DNA of 64,000 bases, taken from contig NW_027362762.1 in the NCBI RefSeq assembly GCF_046119375.1, positions 636,864,001 to 636,928,000 on the forward strand, given 5' to 3'. Of the stretch, positions 46,225 to 60,670 are shown in pieces (the first letter of the stretch is position 1; each line of letters opens with the position of its first letter). The stretch comes from Phyllobates terribilis. Its lineage: Eukaryota. Under the pieces are notes generated by a model. It was not told the origin of the DNA. It did no database searches and saw nothing but the letters and a program-made list of their open reading frames with translations. Both the position numbers and the translations under genes were made by a program.

Positions 46225-48077
46225 CCTTAAGTGATTTGAACCTGTTAAATAGTTTATATAAATACTGCAACACTACCATATAGCAGTACTCTTAGGAGGA
46301 TTGAGATACCAGCTATGGAGGCTTGCAGCAGGCCCCCAGCTGCCATGATAACCTATCTGCCCAAACACGGTATTGCACTACACTATTGACAGCGGCATTT
46401 TAATGGGTAAACGGCATCAATTTGAGCTTTGCCGGCCTTTCTCAGGGTTGGTGAAGGCTCAGCAGCTAAGTCCGCTGCATACGCCAGCACCCGACATATA
46501 CTATTGCATCACATGGCAGGAAGGATTTAAAGGGATTTGTCACTGTCTAAAAGTGGTGCCTAAACGATTGCAGACATATGAAACAACAAATAGTACACTG
46601 TCACCCATAGTGACCAACCTGAATGATAATTTTTTTTATTTTTTTTTTTCTGTACAGCTTATCAAAAAAATCACTGACAGACAATATTTTTCATAGATGC
46701 ATTGGAAAACCTTTTAAGAAATCATTTTAAATAAGTGATGTTTGTCTCCAGCCCAGAATTCACCAAAAACTGATAATTTACAGTAAAATTAATCTATTTC
46801 TTCAGTCTCAAAAAATCACGGATGCCATTGATATTTTTTTTTACAGACTGGGCAAAAAAGTGCCCTACTTTTACAGACTGTCCTGGAATTTCTGGTCGGT
46901 TGGCAGCACGCTTCCCACCCTGTGTCCAAGTCTGGCAATGGATGCTGTGTATGGGCTGGTTAAACAGCGCTGACAACCGTCTTTTGACTATTGTTAGTGC
47001 TACTGGATCAACCCGGACACGAAGTATCAATCACATTAGTGCTGTTAAAGTAATTCAGGACGTACAGCTGTTGTCACAGGGGGTTAAAAAGGAAAGTGTG
47101 ATTTCAACAATCTTTGTAATATATCTTATCAGAGAAATTCACTAGTTCCCCACTAGTAAAACAATTATTCCCCACCCCCTTGCCACTCTGAAAAAAAATG
47201 GCTTAAAATCAGGCTGTAAGCCCAAGCCCATTGTGGCGCCATGTAACACAGCCTATTATATTCTATGCAGGGAGGGCAGACATGGAACCATCATGGGGAG
47301 TCTACAATTCTTTTTCTTCACCCCAGAGCTGATTCCCATCAGGACAGCTCAGTATTACTGTATAATCTCGTCCATTGTACTCTGTCTTTTATATGCTCAA
47401 ATATTAAATGAAGAGCAGGAATCCCTCTTTGTGTGCTGTGTTGTGTATGGCAGAGATCATAGCAGCCAGTCTCTTTCCACCTGCACAGAGTGGATTGCAA
47501 ATTGGTGAGCCTGCAAAGGATGGAGGGGGACTGAAAATGCAGGATACAAGTCATAGAATAGCCAGATAGTGTTATTCCTACACACGACAACTTATTCAGA
47601 AAACTTGAAAATATGGTTACCCCTTAACTCTGGTTTAGAAGATTGAGTACAGAGTGGTCCAGTTCCCATTCTTTCCCTCATAGTTGCAGTGCACACTTCA
47701 CTTAGGTGCACGGTCCCAGGAAGATGTGTTCAGTATGGGTGGTAATACGATGATTGACTGCATTAGGAGCAATAAGAGATCAGTCCACTGTAGAAATGAT
47801 GTTCTGATAATATCCCCTCCTTCTGTAAATGCATATGGTGACGCTCTGACAATGGGTGTTTTAAGCTGCCTTAAAACCACTAAGGGCCTGATTCATCATT
47901 TGCGGGATTTTTTTAAGTTGTTCTGTGTTGTTTCATTTTTTTCTGTGGCCCTTTTCTACAAAATGATTCGATTGGTTTATAAATTTTGTACAACATTAAA
48001 AATTGCTTTTTTAGTTTTGTTTTTTAAAAGGATGTTCTCAAGTTTAAGTTATTCCCTATCCTAAGCAAATGTTTTAA

Positions 48078-48657
48078 AGGGAATCTGTCCCAAACTATGT
48101 GCCTGTAGCTCTTTCAAAGACTAGTCCAGCAATATATTTAATTGGCCAGTCCGTTGCTCTATTCCTGAGAAATCCGTGGTTAAATTAATATGCAGAAGAG
48201 GCTTAAAGAGACCCTGAGGTGTGATTTTGTATTGTAAACTAGAGATATTCCTGTAATAGCGCTAATACACATTAAATTAGTACCTTTTGGTGTAGAAATC
48301 CGCTTTCTTATTGAATCAGTTTGCAGTTTTTCTGACTGTACATGGGGTCTTCTCTTTGTCTGTGATTCTCCAGCCCCTCTGCATGCCTCCGGTCTGTGAC
48401 TGACCTGCCTCCCGTTTGAAATCTCAGCACTGACCTGTCAGTCACAGACCATGTGGAGGCGCTGGAGAATGTCAGGGATGAGAAGACCCCGTGTACAGTC
48501 TGGCCTCTGTGCACCGAAATCTAATTAGGAGAAAACTTCACATTTTGATTAAAGAAAAACAATAACAAAGTGGATTTCTTCACCAAAAGTATCACTTTAA
48601 TCAGTATTACAGCACCATTACAGCCATGTCTTACAAAATTGTGCTGATAGGTTCTCT
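48078..48657. mobile_element. TTAA-flanked T2/Kolobok-type MITE
   Basis: TTAA-AGGGAATCTGTC at the left and GATAGGTTCTCT-TTAA at the right. Confidence 0.75.
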
Positions 48658-51560
48658 TTAAGGACTGTTTGTAGAGCTGAAGCCTCTGTCACTCCACCTC
48701 TATTCTTCGACCAGCACCACTTCCTCCTGCTTGACTGATTGCAGCATTGCCTAAAGTCACATAGGTTAGAGGCTCCTAGTCGAGTAGGAGGAGGCGATGC
48801 TGGTTGAATTCTCATTCATTCTAGCTGCATCATTCATGTTTGCCCTGTAGATGTGATAATTCAAAAGTATTAATTATCAAATCATTGAAAAAATTATTAG
48901 TCTTTAAAAGACAGGCTTGAAATGCACTCGAAGGACAATGACCAAGCTTGATGTGAGTAAGGTCAGGTTCAGACAACTGTTTGAAAAACTGCAAAATGCA
49001 AGCCTTTGGCTCTGTGTGCCTGTCTGCTTTGTGGATGGTTGCAGGTTCATAAAATGACTATAATATTGCATGCTGCAATCTTTTTCTACATGTATCATTA
49101 GTGTGTGTAGAAAATCGCTCATATGCCCTAGCACAATGGTATAATTGGTCCATTTATGGTTTCTCATACACACTACTCTGATGTTACCCTTAGAATGAAG
49201 GGGGCAAGTCCACCCAGCCTGACCAGCAGAGAGAAGGCCCCTTTCATTAAAAGTATGCCCAATAGACATTTCTTGGGCTTATTACACATTGTGCGCCTAT
49301 ATTTTCTGAGGTGCAGGATTTACTGAAACCATGAGCATCTCCTTTCACATCAAGCCCATCTGCTTTGTAAGAAGGCTGACTGGGATGGAGTCAAAAAACA
49401 AAAATTAGCTGCAAAATGAAAGTTTAATAAATTCGGACAGTTTTAAGCCATAGAACTGTCATGCAGGGTTTGTTGCTTCCTCTTCCCTTTTTTATTTTTT
49501 TATTCACTAATTTCAAGATTTGTTTCTTGTGAGTGACTGAATGAGAATTGTTGACTTACATGGGTTGCAAACCTGAACGGCCATAGTATGATGCTCAGCC
49601 AGGAATGCAGGTGTATTCAGTCACCACAATCTGTCAGATTCATTAATCCTGGGTAAAGTGAAAGGAGTGTTCTAATGTTTCTTCAGGAGCGCAGTGCTCC
49701 ACTGGCTCCCAGCTTCCTTTTTGTCAGGGGCGGTGCGCTGCTGAGGGCTGACAGTTCAGACCGGCTGCATGGTCACACCCATCTCCAAACTGAGCACATG
49801 TCTGTGCTGCTGGCCAAGGCAGCTTAGACCCTGCAGCATGGGAGAAGAACAGGGGGACAGAAACCTGCTGTTTCCAAACATAGAGCCTGCAAAAGGCACT
49901 CTCTCCTTGCCTAGGTTACCAGCCTTTCTGAAACTGCAGGGTGGCCGGTAACCTAGACAACAAGCGGTACACACTAGAATTAAAAATACCTCTGTTTTGA
50001 ACAGAGGATTTTTATCAATAAGTTGTTTTTTTACAACCAAATTGAACCATTTAAAAGGAAGCTATGATCAAGAACTATTTGTCACTTTTTTCATATCACA
50101 ATATTTATTAACTATTTGTGTGGAGGTTGGCCAAACGATGCTTCGGCCGATTGCTCGGCAACAGCTATCTCGGCCGACTCTCCCACACATGGGACGCTAC
50201 TGTGTTCTCTATAAGTAAGCTGCTGACTAACACGTCGGGTGGCTGCTTATCTCAGAGAGAACAATGCAATTGGCAGTCTGAATTCAGACATTTGCAATCA
50301 ATATCTCTCCCGACCACCAGTGTGCCAGTGCCCCCCCCATGCGGATTAGATTATCTTGACTGGTTCGACCGACGTTAGTCTAACTTACAGGGGACCTTTA
50401 GTTGCCTTATATTTAGGCCATTTTTTTTTTTCATGAGAAAAAATCTAAATTATATGGTAAATTTCCCCAGTGCCTTTAGCCACATCCCTTATTCTAGACA
50501 CTTTCTAAAAATGTTTAGTGAGAAGGAACAATAACCGAAAAGTGGATCTGCCAGCAGACTTAATAACACAAGCTGTAAATATTGAGCTAGATCTCTTAGA
50601 CCTGAAGATGAGCATGTTATGACTCCAGCTGTGGAAATCAAATGTCTCATGAGCCCAAATCTATTCATTCTTCACCCTCCCAGCCTGACTGACAGCTGTA
50701 GTACTGAGCAGGGTGAGACCTTTGCAGCAGGGAGGAGGAGCTGTCAATTAGCCCGTTCAGGCGGAGATTTATAGGAAATTAGGCCTTTTAGAACCATTTT
50801 GACATAGCTTTGAAAATCAAACATATGGCATGTTTGCCCAAATCTCATTTCAGTTTGATTTTAGTAAATCTCCCCTAATTCTCTGTTCTCACTGGACTTA
50901 TTGCACCTGATTTTGCTGAATATTATGTGATTTTTTTTTTTCTTTTACTTTTCATAAGTTAATTTATAAGTTTCTTTTAAACTCTCTGTTGTAAAGGGTC
51001 CTGCTTGGATTAGACTTTTCGTCCTCTGATGTATTATTATTATTTATTTATTTTTATTTTTTGCAACACATCATTTACATAAAAGTGCCCATAAAATTAA
51101 AGTGCTAAGTTTCAGAAGCCTGTTTTGTAATTGTAGTATGTGGGTTTAATTATTAGGCAGCTCGGTTTGAAATTGTCAAAAAATAGTTAACTGTTCCCAG
51201 TGGTGCCAAATTTCTAGGCCCTTAGAGCAAGAAAAGGGATAAGCCATTTGAGTATGTAGTATATACACTTCAAAAGAGAAACTGTATGGGTTCTTTCACG
51301 CCAGTGTGCATCTTAGAAAATGGTGAGGCAAACCTGCAAGAAAACATGCCCTCCTAAAGATATATTGACGGAAAAATTAAAAATATTATGGCTATTGGAT
51401 GTAGGAGAGGAAAAAATAATCACCAGCTCCTTAATGGGTTAAAGCAGCAATGCCAAACTTGGAAACTTTATTTCACACCTACCAGATTAAGAATTTTCTT
51501 GGATCTAATGAAATTGGTCATGTCTGAAAGTTAATTGTAACTCTCTAACTTCCCCACAAG

Positions 51561-51708
51561 GCCCCAACGTGGACGTACCTATGTTGTGCTGTTGGGTTGT
51601 TTATTTACCAGTCTCTGGATGCCATTGATGGGAAGCAGGCGAGAAGAACCAACAGCAGCACACCCCTTGGAGAGCTCTTTGATCATGGATGTGACTCTCT
51701 TTCTACAG
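51561..51708 (+). CDS. CEPT1: CEPT1 second coding exon (CDP-alcohol phosphotransferase motif)
   Basis: [49 protein letters not shown]; AG/GT boundaries, 148 nt, phase-compatible with both neighbours. Confidence 0.97.
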
Positions 51709-53653
51709 GTATTTTTACTTCTATTCTGCTATTGTTTATGGGAATACTGATCATTTTACATTTGCTTTCTACATTGTAATGTGGACCATGATTTACAGCA
51801 TTCTCTACACAACTCGTGAGGTTTGCCACCACCAGTCAGCTGTGCCTGGTTATACATATTGTAAAGAGCAGGACATCGCAACTCTTTACACGGCTTAGTG
51901 GTCTCACAGGTACGGCAGATCATCACCTATTCTAGATCAAGGCAGTATTGGAAGGGATTGTGTATCCCATGCCTACGGAGCCTGCCCTGCTGCCGAGTCA
52001 TAATGCAAGACATGGCTAAATATAGGTAAGGCCTCTCTCTGTAACCAAGACCTTTAGGGAATTCCAGTGACGGTAGTCACCCGCACCTGTGGCCCATTTT
52101 CTGCTATTAGGTCAGGCTGACCACTGTGGTCTCCTAACAGCCATAGAGACTTACAGGTTGAAATCCGCAGGCAACCTTTTATCAGTTTAATAACGTGTAA
52201 ATATAATGTATAATCCATACTACTTAATTGTTTCATGTAACTTAGTCAAGAACTATAAGAAATACATTATATTAGTTGGAAAACAAAATCCCTTCATGAC
52301 GTATGACTGATGGAATATTTCCATTGTTTCTTGTGAAGCATGACTGAAGTCTTTTCTGGCAGCCTGACAAGTCAGGGCTGTAAGGCACAGTCACTTCTTG
52401 GCATGTATGTTGGGAAAGCTCCCGGTGTACATATTGACCTAGCTCCCTTGCACCCTACAAAAGCCAAGTGTTTGTTTTTTACCTGCTGTGTATGAAAATG
52501 TAATCTACCACTCCTTTCCAATGGTGAGGAGCACATTATAAAAAAAAAACAAAAAAAAACCTGTACTATTATGTGTCGGTGCTTCCATTACAGGTAAATG
52601 GCAGGGAATACTTCAAAATAGCAAAAAATGAATAATAAAATTGTCTGTATTTTTCCAGATTATGTGCACTCCCACCATTTTAGAGTTTGGGGGGAGAGAG
52701 AACGAATAAACAAGCAGGCAATTAACTTGCTTTTTCTGTTTTGGTGCTATCTAATGAAGTAAAGCAATTTAATAACTTGAGAATTCCCCTTTAAGGGCTT
52801 GTCCATTGCTGGAAAACCCATTATTAAATGCCCCATTTTACATTACATTACAGTGACCACTAATGGGGTGCAGCTTTCTTACTCCTGCAAGATGGGACGG
52901 AATAGTAATTATATTATAGGGGCTCTGTCAGTACAAAATGACTGCTTAAGCCTAGTACAGGTTCTCTGTGCTCCACAGCAGGGGCCAAACGTTGAAATAC
53001 ACCTTCCTAGCTGCTTGTTTTCCCTCAATCTCCATCTGAAGGGAAGCGATAGATGGAAAACAGTTAGGAAGGTGCACTTAAATGTTTGGTTGCGCTATGA
53101 TACACCAATTGCCTGTACTTCTATTGAACAGTCATTCTGTGCTGACAGTCACCTTTTATCTCCTTCACGACCTTTTTGACATACCTATATATCATGGTCA
53201 GGTAGGGGTTCCTGTCCTTTGACATATGGGTACTTCTTGCAGCACAGGAGCTGTGCCCACTCTATTTACACTGGTAGCTCGGCTTACATGATAGCCGAGC
53301 CCCTGCTGTCCCATTCAGGAGCAGTGCCCACAGTTCCCCGGGCCATTTAGCTTCCTAAATGCTGCTATCAATAGCGATCGCAGCATTTTGGAGGCTAGGA
53401 GAGGAAGGCGGCTCCCTCTCCCTTCCGATCAGCGCCCCGAGACTTCATCGTGAGAGCCTGATTGTTGTCATACCTGCCAAAAATCGGAATAGTAAGCGAT
53501 CAAAAAAATGTTGTGCCCGAAAATGGGACCAATAAAAATGTCAAATTGTCCTGCAAATAAGCAAGCCCTCACATGACACTCATTTATAGCTCTCAAGATA
53601 AGGCTATGCAAAAACTTGTTTTTGCAAAAAAAACAAAAAAAAAGCGGCTTTTA

Positions 53654-53966
53654 GGGTATGTGTGCACATTCAGTAGAATTTCTTCACCATTTTTGCATTT
53701 CTTGGCAGGAAAAATGCAGCTGCAAAAATGATCATATTGGGAAGTTTTTGACTGAAGTCCATGGTGAAACATGGAAGGCAAAAATGTGCGGAGAATTGAC
53801 ATGCTGCTGATTATTTTCTGCACCAAATCTGCAAGGCAAAAATAAGCAACATGTGAATGACACTTCAGGTTTCTCATTCACTTTGCTGGCATTAGGATTG
53901 TCTCAAGTTTTGCTAGGAAATCTGCATGGCAAAAACGCACCAAATCTTCAATGTGTGCACATGGCC
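53654..53966. mobile_element. PIF/Harbinger-type MITE
   Basis: TTA-GGGTATGTGTGCACATT at the left and AATGTGTGCACATGGCC-TTA at the right. Confidence 0.8.
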
Positions 53967-54259
53967 TTAGTGTGTGACAGCATCCAAACATAAACTATAT
54001 ATTATATATAATCTGGTATAGCTGTAATCTCAGCGACCTGAAAAATAAAGTCCTCTAATCACTTACACCACACGACGAATGGCATACAAAATAAATGAAA
54101 CCAATTCTTCACCTGCTGTTGATTTGTTTATTCGGCTTCCCAAAGATCGCAGTATGTCTTGGCTCACATTTATTCTGCATTGAACAGTTACACTGGGATT
54201 CCAAGTATATCTCTGAAATATGAGAGGCAGATGGAGGCACTGTGGACCTACCAACCAAC

Positions 54260-55625
54260 AAGAATTCTGGCTCGCACAGATCTATTAGCTTTCCTTCAAG
54301 AACCCCCTCCTATTCTGTACTCATTACCTGTATTAATTGCACCTGTTTGAACTCGTTACCTGTATAAAAGACACCTGTCCAAACAATCAATCACGCTCCA
54401 ACCTCTCCACCATGGCCAAGAACAAAGAGCTGTCTAAGGACACCCGGGATAAAATTGTAGACCTGCACAAGGCTGGAATGGGCTACAGGATAATGGGCAA
54501 GTGGCTTGTTAAGAAGGCAGCAACTGTTGGCACAATTATTAAAAAATGGAAACACAAGATGACTGTCAATCTTCTTCAGTCTGGGTCTCCATGCAAGATC
54601 TATCCTTGTGGGGTAAGGATGATTCTGAGAAAGGTCAGGAATCAGCCCAGAACTACATGGAAAGACTTGGTCAATGACCTGAAGAGAGCTGGGACCACAA
54701 TCTCAAACATTACTGTTAGTAACACACTACGCATGGATTAAAATCCTGCTGGGTACGCAAGGTCCCCCTGTTCATACCAGCACATGTCCAGGCCCATTTG
54801 AAGTTCACCAATGACCATCTGGATGATCCAGAGGAGGCATGGGAAAAGGTCTTGTGGTCAGATGAGACCAAAATACAACTTTTTGGTATCAGCTCCACTC
54901 ATCGTGTTTGGAGGAAGAAGTAGGATGAGTACAAACCCAAGAACACATCCCAACCGTGAAGCATGGTGGGGAAATATATTTTTGGGGTGCTTTTCTGCAA
55001 TGGGAACTGCACCGTATTGAAGGGAGGATGGATGGGGCCATAGCAAGATTTTGGCCAAAAGCATCCTTCCCTCAGTCAGAGCATTGAACATGGGTCATGG
55101 TTGGTTCTTTCAGCATGACAATGACCCGAAACACACAGACAGGGCAACGAAGGAGTGGCTCCGTAAGAAGCATTTATTAAGAAGCATTTCAAGCTCCTGC
55201 AGTGGCCTATCCAGTCTCCAGACCTGAACCCAATAGTAAATCTTTGGAGGGAGCTGAAACTCAATGTTGCCCAGCAACAGCTCCAAAACCTGAACGATCT
55301 GGAGAAGATCTGTATGGAGGAGAGGGTCAAATCCCTGCTGCAGTGTGTGCAAACTTGGTCAAGAACTGCAGGAAACATCTGACCTCTGTAATTGGTAATA
55401 TTTTGTACAGAAGCCTTTTAAGTTCTGTTTTTCTACTGTATGAAATACTTATTTCATGCAACAAAATGCAATTTAATTATGTAAAAATCATACAATGTGA
55501 TTTTTCTATTTTTAGATTCTCACAGTTGAAGTGTAGCTACGATAATAATCACAGACCTCTCCATTCTTTGTAGGTGGGAAAGCATGCAAAATAGGCAGTT
55601 TATCAAATACTTATTCTCCCCACTG
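54260..55625 (+). mobile_element. Tc1-like transposon, 5' TIR missing, transposase decayed (ATG 54412)
   Basis: [48 protein letters not shown] (Glu replaced by Val); frameshifts; right TIR ...aaatacttattctccccactg followed by TA. Confidence 0.92.
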
Positions 55626-55801
55626 TAGGTACTTCTGACAATTTTACTCCAGTCCTGGCCACATGTGACAGCTTTTTGTACATTGGGCAAAGCATTTCCG
55701 GGGTGTGACTGAGCTCAGACAACGTTTATCATCATCATAATTTATGCCACAAAAGTGATGGAAATTATGACAGAATTTTACTCCAGTCCATGACTTAAGT
55801 A

Positions 55802-57368
55802 CACTGCTCAAAAAAATAAAGGGAACACTTAAACAGAATATAACGCCAAGTAAATCAAACTTCTGTGAAATCAAACTGTCCACTTAGGAAGCAACACTGA
55901 TTGACAATCAATTTCACATGCTGTTGTGCAAATGGAATAGACAATACATGGAAATTATTGGCAATTATCAAGACACCCTCAATAAAGGAGTGGTTCTGCA
56001 GGTGGGAACCACAGACCATATCTCAGTACCAATGCTTTCTGGCTGATGTTTTGGTCACTTTTGAATGTTGATTGTGCTTTCACACATGAGACGGACTCTA
56101 CAACCCACAGAAGTTGCTCAGGTAGTGCAGCTCATCCAGGATGGCACATCAGCGCGAGCTGTGGCAAGAAGGTGTGCTTTGTCTGTCAGTGTAGTGTCCA
56201 GAGGCTGGAGATGCTACCAGGAGACAGGCCAGTACACCAGGAGATGGGAAGGGGGGGCCATAGGAGGGCAACAAACCAGCAGCAGGACCGCTACCTCCTA
56301 CTTGTGCAAGGAGGAACAGGAGGCGCACTGCCAGAGCCCTGCAAAATGACCCCCTGCAGGCCAGAAATGTGCATGTTTCTGCACAAACGGTTAGAAACAG
56401 ACTTCATGAGGGTGGTATGAGGGCCCGACGTCCACAGATGGGGGTTGTGCTCACAGCCCAACACCGTGCAGGACACTTGGCATTTGCCACAGAACACCAG
56501 GATTGGCAAAGTTGCCACTGGCGCCCTTTGCTCTTCACAGATGAAAGCAGGTTCACACTGAGCACATGTGACAGACTTGACAGTCTGGAGACGCCGTGGA
56601 GAGCGATCTGCTGCCTGCAACATCCTTCAGCATGACCGGTTTGGCAGTGGGTCAGTAATGGTGTGGTGTGGCATTTCTTTGGAGGGCCGCACAGCCCTCC
56701 ATGTGCTCGCCAGAGGTAGCCTGACTGCCATTAGGTACCGAGATGAGATCCTCAGACCCCTTGTGAGATCATATGCTGGTGCTGTTGGCCCTGGGTTCCT
56801 CCTAATGCGGGACAATGCCAGACCTCATGTGGCTGGAGTGTGTCAGCAGTTCCTGCAAGATGAAGGCATTGAAGCTATGGACTGGCCGCCCGTTCCCCAG
56901 ACCTGAATCCGATTTGAGCACATCTGGGACATCATGTCTCGCTCCATCCACCAACGTCACCTTGCACCACAGACTGTCCAGGAGTTGGTGGATGCTTTAG
57001 TCCAGGTCTGGGAGGAGATCCCACAGGAGACCATCCGCAACCTCATCAGGAGCATGCCCATGCACTGTAGGGAGGTCACACAGGCACGTGGAGGCCACAC
57101 ACAATACTGAGCCTCATTTTGACTTGTTTTAAGGACATTACATCAAAGTTGGATCAGCCTGTAATGTGTTTTTCCACTTTAATTTTGGGGGTGACTCCAA
57201 ATCCAGGCCTCCATTGGTTAATAAATTTGATTTCCATTGATGATTTTTGTGTGGTTTTGTTGTCAGCACATTCACCTTTGAATACTTTGTTCTGTACATT
57301 GAGAATATTTCATTCATTCAGATCTAGGATGTGTTGTTTGAGTGTTCCCTTTATTTTTTTGAGCAGTG
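55802..57368 (+). mobile_element. Full-length Tc1-like transposon with frameshifted transposase (about 56086-57110)
   Basis: TA-CACTGCTCAAAAAAATAAAGGGAACAC at the left and GTGTTCCCTTTATTTTTTTGAGCAGTG-TA at the right; FTDESRF, DNARPH and SPDLNP motifs. Confidence 0.95.
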
Positions 57369-58624
57369 TATATATCTTATACTGGGGCATGGCAGCTGAA
57401 AGATGTGCCAAATTCATTGAGGCACATGCCTCTTAGTAGAATACATCTTTATCCATCACAGACTACATAAAGACTCTCATATAAAATGCTAGTCTTTTTG
57501 AATCCATACCCAAGACTTTTATGTAGAATAGGAGTACAATCAGATGCCAATTGTCCTATGAGTTGGCTTAATGAAGTGCACTTTATGCACATGCTTTGCA
57601 GTTTCCTACTGTAGGTAATTATTGAGGGAGACGTTGGCCTTTAAGTAGAATTTATCTTCCAGCAGATCCCAATCTTTGTATGTTGGTTCTTAGTAACCAT
57701 AGTAGAGGAAGATCTGTTCTTCATTGGTATATTGCACATCAGGCCAAAAAATTAAGTTAATACAAGAGCATGCACAGAAAGTGGAATGCCATGTGTAAGT
57801 TAGACGGGTTAAACAACTGGAGGAGAATAAGAGGTAGTATTCCAGATACTTTTACTCATTGTATGGGCCCCCTATCACTGGCATGTTGCTCAGATGCATG
57901 AACACATTTGCGTTGATAATCTGGTTAGCTTCCCATAAGTGAATACAAGTTCAATATACAAATCTGACAAACTTTTCACCATGTTTTTTGAAGTAACACC
58001 TCTAAGTCCATATTGTTACTAAATAAATATTATCCCCATACTATTACTCAACAAAGTTCCCCTTTGTGTCTCTTCATACAGTAGTAATGCTTGTTGTCTG
58101 CTTTGTGCCAGGGCTTTGTCGTCGGGAAGCCAAACCTTCGACTCCTCAATTTCCCTGACTCCAGGCTCCCAGGGTGGATTTGATTTAAATCTAACTGATT
58201 TAAATCACGATTTAAATCACTAGTCAGTAAGGCTTGATTTAAATCAGTGATTTAAATCAAAGTTTCTACCTAAACTAGTTCTTGCTACTTTACTTTAACA
58301 TGCAAGTAGATGAAGATTTTTAGAATCACTTTTTATATTACTTTTTTCTCCCCAGTTTAATGGGTTAATCATTCATATTTGGACACCACTGTTCTGTTGT
58401 ACTTAGGATGGAGAAAAATAATCCTGACCTTAATAACAATTTAAATAGATTTATTCAACTGAAACAATAACAACATTACAGCATAAGTTATTTGCTTAAA
58501 CAAACATCCATGTTTGTTAACTAATTTGGCTAAACAAAATATATATATTTTAAGAAACTTAGACTGTCAGCCCAGCCGACACATGAAAAACTTAAATACT
58601 ACTGTCCCTGCTGTCCTCTGTAGC

Positions 58625-60258
58625 TCACTCGTCGTCATCTTCATCATCATCTTCTTCTTTGTTCCTATTCATAATCTGGAAAAGAAAAACAAGCTTTCCT
58701 GCTTTATTGGGTCCCAACCGATTTCTCAATTTAGAATGAATGAGTCCAAAGGAAGAGAATATTCTTTCAACGCCTGCAGAAGAAGCTACTGCTGTTAAAA
58801 GTGAAATCATTACTTGAACAGTCTCTAAATCCAAGCGCTTAAGTGACTTCCACCAGTTTACTGGTGTGACCTTCCTTAAAATATCTTCAGCAAACATATA
58901 TTTCTTGAATGGTTCCCCCTTAGCTCTGAAGTTTATTATAGTTGGCATTAAAGATGGATGATTGCTGGATACCCATGTCATAGCTAACTCCTCTTCCTCA
59001 GCACTTAGGTTTTGACCCTGATATTGGATATTGACAATATTTGCCAAAAAATGAGCTGGAGTCAGTGCTTGTCCCATTCGTTTGTTTACTGCTTGTAATT
59101 TAATTCTGTCCATGTGTAGTTCTGTTTTTAAGTGTTCACTCAGTTCCTTCCAAATTTCAACAGCATCCGCAATAAAACAGCTATTTTTCTGTATTTTGTT
59201 TAAAGCTTGAGAGATGGGTTTCAGGAAGCTCAGCATATGTTCAACATTTCTCTTAAGCCCAATGTTGAGGATTTTGGCCGTGACAGTGCCATCTATTTTA
59301 TCTCGATTTTCTTCACAAAGTGTCATCAGAATAGGCCAGTTTTTGATATACTGCTCAAAACAGTCCACCACAGAGTTCCATCTAACATCTTGTGGGAGGG
59401 TTAGCTTGGTTCCACCCATCCTTTTCAGAGCTGCTGCAGCAAAATGATTATTACGGAAGTATTTAGCAATTTCAACAACATTAGCCTTTATTTCTGGAAC
59501 ACTTAAGTCTTTGGCTAAGAGTTGCAGCAAATGAGCACTGCAACCATATGTTATTAGCCGCTTTGTATTCCCTCCCTGCTCTTCTAAATTTCTTCTCATC
59601 TTGGATACGTTTGCAGCATTGTCAGTGACCAAACTGCGTACTAGACATTTGAATTTTTGTTCACATGTTGTTATAGCTTTTACTGCCACTTCTTGTAAGT
59701 ATTCTGCTGTGTGTGCATTTCCTGACGTATCAGTTGTTTGTGCAAGGAAGACTTTACCTTCTTCTGTTGTTATACAAGCACATACAATAGGATCATTGTG
59801 GACATTACTCCACCCATAAATACTTAGGTTAACAATTTTACCCTCCAGAGCTGTTGCACATTGCTCCATTTCTCTGTCATACACTTGATCCAGCAGTTTC
59901 CCTGCAACATCAGCTCTGCTGGGTGGACTGTATCCTGGTCTCAGTGACTGAACCATATTAGTGAAATGTGGGTTCTCAGTCAGACGGAAAGAAGAGTTCG
60001 TTGCGTAAATAAACTGGGCAATTTTTTCATCAATCAACTCTTTTTCTAATCTGCTAGTTCTTATCACAAACCTATCTATGGTGGTTCCAGGAGGTAAAGG
60101 TTTTTTCTTCCTTTTGGGTGATGGTGATATGTGGCTGTGGGTGTCTGATGATGATACTGCTGCTAATGAAGCACTATCCTGGATGGATAACTCTGAAACT
60201 GTAGAACAGGATGATGGTGATCTTGGAGGTGGATAGTTTCCAGAATCCATGAATTCCC
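58625..60258 (-). CDS. hAT transposase exon 2 (catalytic and dimerisation domains)
   Basis: AG acceptor at 60260-60259; LSIYGWSN (first Asp replaced by Tyr), VTDNAAN, CSAH, DVRWNS, SSAGVERIFS; no stops. Confidence 0.92.
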
Positions 60259-60468
60259 CTAAACAAAAAAAGTCAATGCTGTTATTTTATTGTTTATACA
60301 ATTTCTGCTTATTGTACACAACTCATCACTGCCCCTGCCCCAAAAGGAATATTTGTTTTTCTTCATAACTGTACCAAATGACAGTAACATGCAGTAATAA
60401 TAAGAAATATAATTTTTCTCACACAAGACAGTTCAGTCTTTAGAAATAGGATTCAATAAAATGTTTAC

Positions 60469-60670
60469 CAACAGATCCGGCCTGTTCAGAAGTGTTTCTT
60501 TGGTCATCTTCATCACCGCACTTCTCATGATGTTGCCTCATTCGCGCCACCAGGCCTTGCATCTCTTTGTTGCATCGTTTGCATTTTGCACGCATGCCTG
60601 CCTTACCGATAGGCGAAGGAGCTTCATTAAAATATTCCCAAACTGGGTCTCTTTTACGGCCTGCTGCCAT
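60469..60670 (-). CDS. hAT transposase exon 1 (BED zinc finger)
   Basis: MAAGRKRDPVWEYF...AKCKRCNK...MRQHHEKC; GTAAAC donor at 60468; phase-1 splice joins exon 2 in frame (611 aa total). Confidence 0.88.

Noticed and set aside
47590-47950. Possible LINE fragment
   Set aside because: No diagnostic RT or endonuclease motif could be read in any frame.
58625-60670. Domesticated ZBED host gene
   Set aside because: Flanked by TIRs and a perfect TSD and nested in a MITE, so it is a recent transposon copy.
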